From: a bacterium
GTDB taxonomy: Bacteria > UBA8248
Direction of reading: 5' to 3'
NCBI GenBank assembly: GCA_965261085.1
Contig: OZ253442.1
Coordinates: 2,400,001-2,464,000, forward strand
Length of the DNA stretch: 64,000 nucleotides
In this document: positions 59,718 to 64,000 of the stretch, in pieces
Layout of the letters: each line of letters opens with the position of its first letter
How positions within the stretch are numbered: position 1 is the stretch's first letter
Notes under the pieces: model-generated
What the model was told of the DNA's origin: nothing
The model's database searches: none
The model's input: only the letters and a program-made list of their open reading frames with translations
Translations under genes and position numbers: made by a program

Positions 59718-59891
59718 CCGACAGGAACGCTCCTGACTGCGCGGGAGTTGTAATTCGCCCGCTTCCGTTTTGATTACTTTCTGCGTAAAAAAATTCCAGC
59801 AAGAGATTCGAAAAACAAATACCTACAATAGTTTCAACAAACTACAAGGATGTCACTGCCGTTGGAAATCCCCTTCCGCCTGAAAGCGGGC
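59718..59891 (+). repeat. 174-bp intergenic repeat, copy 5
   Basis: CCGACA...GGAGTTGTAATTCGCCCGCTTCCGTTTTGATTAC...AAACTACAAGGA (shared with copy 2)...AAGCGGGC. Confidence 0.85.
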
Positions 59892-60126
59892 GGAAACGAT
59901 CAAAAAATTCTATCGAACTGCCAAAAGATGAATTCGTTGTGGTGCCGGTGGTTATATCTCAAAACTCGTTGGAAGACACGATTTCCAAAAGGAATCCAAC
60001 GCAAGCATCAAATGGCTCCAATCTTTCTTGCATCCATAAAACAAGAATTCGTATAGTTCCAGTTCATCGGGCATAGTCGTCGCCGTCCAGATAATTCGCT
60101 CGAAATTGCAAATTCGGAGTTGGCCA

Positions 60127-61629
60127 ATGACAACCCCTGTTACCGCCACAATGCTCTATGACCTTATAGCTTGTCCACATCGCGTAACGATGGACCTGTT
60201 TGGCGATCCCGACGAACGGAACAGCCCGAATCCCTTTGTCGAATTGCTCTGGAAACATGGCATCCTTCATGAGGAAAAAATCATGAAGGAACTCGATTTT
60301 CCTTTCATCGATCTTTCTTCTTTCCCAGACGATGAAAAAGAAAGACGGACGATCGAGGCAATGCGACAAGGGGAACCTCTGATCTATAGTGGCCGCATCC
60401 AGGTCAACGGGCTCCTGGGCAATCCGGACCTTCTTCGCAAGGAGAATGGCGGTTACATCGCCGGTGACATCAAATCAGGCGCCGCAGAAGAAGGGCCGGA
60501 GGATCTGTCAAAGCCGAAGAAACACTATGCCGTGCAGCTGGCTTTGTACACCGATATCCTAGAGCGCAGAGGGCTGTCCGCAGGGCGTCGCGGCTTCATC
60601 TGGGACGTCACAGGCAACGAGGCGATCTACGACTTCGCCGAGCTGTACGGAAGTCGAGACCCACGCACTCTCTGGCAGGATTATCAGGAATGTCTCGCCA
60701 AGGCGCAGGCTATTGTTGCAAGGAGGGCAGAAACGCTTGCGGCTTTCAGCGGGGTCTGTAAACTCTGCCATTGGCATGATGCCTGCCTCGATGGCTTGAC
60801 GGTAGCGAACGACCTTACTCTCATCCCAGAACTAGGCCGCACCAAGCGGGACGCCATGCTCGACCATCTGGCGACCATCAGGGATTTTGCTGCGGCAGAT
60901 CCGGCGCACTATATTAAAGGCTCCAAGACAGTTTTTCCGGGAATTGGTCTAGCAACGCTTGGTAAGTTATATGCCCGCGCCAAGCTGATCACCGCAGGCG
61001 AAGACGCCACACCTTATCTCCGAAAACCGATCCTGCTGCCCACTGCGAACCTGGAGTTGTTCTTTGATATCGAGGTCGATCCCCTCCGCGACATCTGTTA
61101 CCTCCACGGCTTCGTCGAGCGGTGCAGCGGTGAGAATCAAACGGAACGTTTCGTCGCCTTTTTCGCGGAGGAACTGACAGAAGAAGCCGAACGGAAGGCG
61201 TTTGCCGACGCATGGCGATACATGCAGAACGATTCTTCTTGCATCATCTATTATTATTCGAAATACGAGCGGACCATCTATCGGAAGCTTCAAGAGAAGT
61301 ATCCGGACGTTTGCAGCGTGCAAGAACTTGAAGCGCTGTTCCACCCGACACGCGCTGTGGATTTGTATTTCGATGTGGTGCTTAAAGCAACGGAATGGCC
61401 AACAAGGGATTTCTCAATCAAAACTCTTGCTGGTTTTCTCGGTTTCAAGTGGCGGGATACTCATCCTTCGGGAGCGGCTTCGATTGAATGGTTTCACAAG
61501 TGGATAGAAACTCGAGACCCCGAGGTGCGGCAGCGCATCCTTGATTACAATGAGGATGACTGCCGAGCGATGCGGGTTCTTCGCGATGCGCTCCCCAGCC
61601 TTCCAATCATGCCGGGGAACTCCCCGTGA
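60127..61629 (+). CDS. TM0106-family RecB-like nuclease with RNase H-fold C-terminus
   Basis: CPHR, PDLL...GDIK, QLALY, CKLC.W...C; FFDIE, YE, FSIK, YNEDDC. Confidence 0.85.
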   Translation: MTTPVTATMLYDLIACPHRVTMDLFGDPDERNSPNPFVELLWKHGILHEEKIMKELDFPFIDLSSFPDDEKERRTIEAMRQGEPLIYSGRIQVNGLLGNPDLLRKENGGYIAGDIKSGAAEEGPEDLSKPKKHYAVQLALYTDILERRGLSAGRRGFIWDVTGNEAIYDFAELYGSRDPRTLWQDYQECLAKAQAIVARRAETLAAFSGVCKLCHWHDACLDGLTVANDLTLIPELGRTKRDAMLDHLATIRDFAAADPAHYIKGSKTVFPGIGLATLGKLYARAKLITAGEDATPYLRKPILLPTANLELFFDIEVDPLRDICYLHGFVERCSGENQTERFVAFFAEELTEEAERKAFADAWRYMQNDSSCIIYYYSKYERTIYRKLQEKYPDVCSVQELEALFHPTRAVDLYFDVVLKATEWPTRDFSIKTLAGFLGFKWRDTHPSGAASIEWFHKWIETRDPEVRQRILDYNEDDCRAMRVLRDALPSLPIMPGNSP

Positions 61630-61792
61630 ACAGTCTGGCTGAAATGCAGAACGCACATACGTTTATGGGGAACTGTGTAAGCACAATATAAGCACATGAC
61701 GTTAACTTGATCTATAAAAGTAAATTAGAGTCTTCTGGTGTTCCTAGCGATTGACTCGGAAAATCGACTCATAGAAGACAGGAGGTGGAAAC

Positions 61793-62327
61793 ATGAATTT
61801 TAAAAATTTACGGGCCTTTCGACGTTCCTATGGAGGAAGGACAATCAAAAAAGACGATTGATAAGAAAGACATCTTTTATTTCTGGAAAGATGTTGAGAG
61901 TGGCGAACATGGATTGTCAAAAGCGTGTGGTTGTTACGTTTTCGGATTAAAAACGGATAAAGGCGCAAAGCCATAGTATGTCGGAAAAGCAGAGAGGCAA
62001 ACTTTCGAAGAGGAATGTTTCACACCCTCAAAGCTAAACTATTACCATAGCTCTCTCCTTCATAGCACAGGGTCTCCGGTGATGTTTTTTGTTGCAAAGT
62101 GTTCTGAAAAGAAAGGGAAATTCTCTCGTCCAACAAAAGCCGAGTACGAGGATGTGCGGTTTGTGGAAAAGATGTTCATCGAGTTGGCTTTTCGCAAAAA
62201 CGGAAAACTTTGGAACAAACAACACACTAAAAATGTGAAAATGCTCTCAGTAGAAGGGTTCTATAACTGTGGAGATGGTCGCAGGAAATCCGTCAAGGAG
62301 ATGCGAAACCTGCGGGGCTTGACATAG
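61793..62327 (+). pseudogene. GIY-YIG-like nuclease pseudogene
   Basis: GCYVF...P*YVGKA and FVEKMFI...LWN; extra A near 61802-61806 and an in-frame TAG at 61974. Confidence 0.65.
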
Positions 62328-62664
62328 AACCCTAATTCTTATGCAAGTGCCTATCCTGCACCAATGATTAGGCACATTCTCTTAATAACTTTCGGTCGAC
62401 ATATTTTGTATTCACTGCCGAGCTCAGAAGTTTTTTTTAACTCGGGCCTAGTTTCCATTTAGGGCTGTTCAAAACACCGTGAAGATTTATAATCTAGCGG
62501 AAGGATGTTTGCGGCGCTGTCGTGCCGGTGCTTGGTAGAGTGCTAGCCGAATGATTCAGAAATTGCTGAATCGATGTCGGGAAATTGCCCCTTCCACTGG
62601 AACAAGAAATTGTAAAGGGCAAAGGTCAGAAATACGGACTATCTCCTAAAGACAAACCTGCTTA

Positions 62665-63270
62665 TCAGTTACGAGTCATATCGATTCCTAGCGAACGAAT
62701 TCTAATAGTATCGGAAAATTTTTCTCTAGGTAAATTTGATATGAAAATAGTTTTCCCACCAAAAATAAATTCTGATGGAAATTTGACTCCAATTCTACCA
62801 TCAGAAGATTCGCGTAATTCTTGATCGACTTTATCGTTATAAGCTTCCTTGTCTTCTCGACTCATCTCGAAAACGTCCCGAGTTCTCTGTGAAAGCCAGC
62901 CAACAGTACGTTCATCATAAGCATCCAACGCTGGTTTAAGCATATCGACAACTCTTTGATGGTTCCAAATAGATTCCACATGATCAAAAACTACAACATG
63001 TCCTTTTCGGTGCTTGAACAGAATTTGATAAAGCATGAAAGGCGTAACTTTGCCCTCTATCACAAACCAGTCTGTATTTTGAACACGGCCCACTTCAGTC
63101 AAGGTTTCAGAAACTGTTTCCATTGCCTCGGCGCTGGCACCGCCAAGAACAATCAGTGATTTTATTTTTGTTTTTGCTATGACTTGTACTAACCGTTTCA
63201 AATAATGAATCAAGGTACTTCGATCTTTTGAGTTTGGAGTGACTTGATTCGGGTTTTTCTCCATTCTCAT
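62665..63270 (-). CDS. Degenerate P-loop/AAA-like protein
   Basis: SLIVLGG (no GKT), VVVFDHVES, LKPALD, TIFISN. Confidence 0.5.
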   Translation of the reverse strand: MRMEKNPNQVTPNSKDRSTLIHYLKRLVQVIAKTKIKSLIVLGGASAEAMETVSETLTEVGRVQNTDWFVIEGKVTPFMLYQILFKHRKGHVVVFDHVESIWNHQRVVDMLKPALDAYDERTVGWLSQRTRDVFEMSREDKEAYNDKVDQELRESSDGRIGVKFPSEFIFGGKTIFISNLPREKFSDTIRIRSLGIDMTRN

Positions 63271-63655
63271 CTCAAGAGCGGGATCATATTCAATAATGAA
63301 TCCCCGCGTCTTCCTCCCTCCTAGATGCGGTCTTGTGTTTTGCAGGCGTTCTTATGCCTTGCAGACTATGCTGCAACTGGTTGATCCGTGGACTTCCGGG
63401 CGAAGGATTATCCTAGAATGGGCTGATTGAATTTGTCAATATCTAGCGCATAGTTGGTTTGACCCGAAATCCCCCTCACTGTCTAAATCACTTCTAAATA
63501 TCCCATATGGGAGACATTATGTCTGAATTATTCCATTATATCGTTATATATTAGCGATATTATAAGAGTTATTCCATTTAATATCCCAACTAAATAGGTG
63601 TATATTGTCTTCAAGGTTATAGAGGCTACCAACTTTCAGTTTGAGGTTAATCAAT

Positions 63656-64000
63656 ATGAGGATACACCCTGAAACATTGAAAAAACTGCGTAAGGCGCAG
63701 GGATGGAGCCAGCAGGAACTGGCCGATAAAGCGAAAATCGAAAAAAAGACAATCGGCCGCCTTGAGGGCGAAAGTGGAGGAGAAGCGCGCGAAGCCACAG
63801 CCCGGCTACTCGCCGGCGCCCTGCGCCTGGGGAATCCCCGAATCCTGGCTCAGGACCCCGAATCAGAAGCGGTGTTGGACGAAGTGTCCCGCATCAACTT
63901 CGACTCAGGCGGCTCTGGACTCAGGGTTCACTTGGACAGCGAAACCACCCTCGCCTACGACCTGGTGGAGGAGCACTACGGGGTGGACATGCACAGACTC
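63656..64000 (+). CDS. XRE HTH protein, runs off the window end
   Basis: LKKLRKAQGWSQQELA...TIGRLE; upstream palindrome TCCCATATGGGA at 63501-63512. Confidence 0.8.
   Translation, partial: MRIHPETLKKLRKAQGWSQQELADKAKIEKKTIGRLEGESGGEAREATARLLAGALRLGNPRILAQDPESEAVLDEVSRINFDSGGSGLRVHLDSETTLAYDLVEEHYGVDMHRL

Noticed and set aside
42689-59891. Classical integron attC sites
   Set aside because: There are no RYYYAAC...GTTRRRY ends with an extended hairpin, modules are multi-gene with mixed orientation, and no IntI is visible.
60127-61629. Cas4
   Set aside because: The RecB-like motif is fused to an RNase H-fold domain (TM0106 type), with no CRISPR or cas neighbours.

Overview
Accessory region (mobile element plus defence island) next to a 5'-truncated chromosomal SDR gene. 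(1) 0.8-12.7 kb: IS630 and IS1182 relics, four tyrosine-integrase 3' fragments, and a ubiquitin-like conjugation operon (Ubl, E2, JAB-E1, DUF6527, ClpP-fold protease) with a divergent RHH regulator, plus HEPN-like and PIN-like ORFs. (2) 13.2-28.9 kb: a GC-rich plasmid/ICE backbone (ParB, GHKL ATPase, DUF2958, strawberry-notch methyltransferase-helicase, Toprim primase, SSB, DUF4326, DUF2493). It ends in five palindromic boxes phased at 42-43 bp. No relaxase or T4SS is visible. (3) 29.4-36.6 kb: an HTH, PLD-helicase, N6-methyltransferase restriction-like operon. (4) 36.9-64 kb: a lower-GC defence-gene tract. Its most striking feature is five same-orientation intergenic repeats, four of exactly 176 bp and one of 174 bp, which split it into 2-5.5 kb modules. 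The modules carry a QueC-like/HTH-ImmA/PIN operon, a second ubiquitin-like operon (Ubl, E2-E1, DUF6527) with an HTH plus metallopeptidase regulator pair, a YaaC-like gene, AbiE TA with PIN and HEPN-like genes, and a TM0106 nuclease. All calls come from motif recognition by eye; no database searches were run. No rRNA, tRNA or CRISPR array was recognised.
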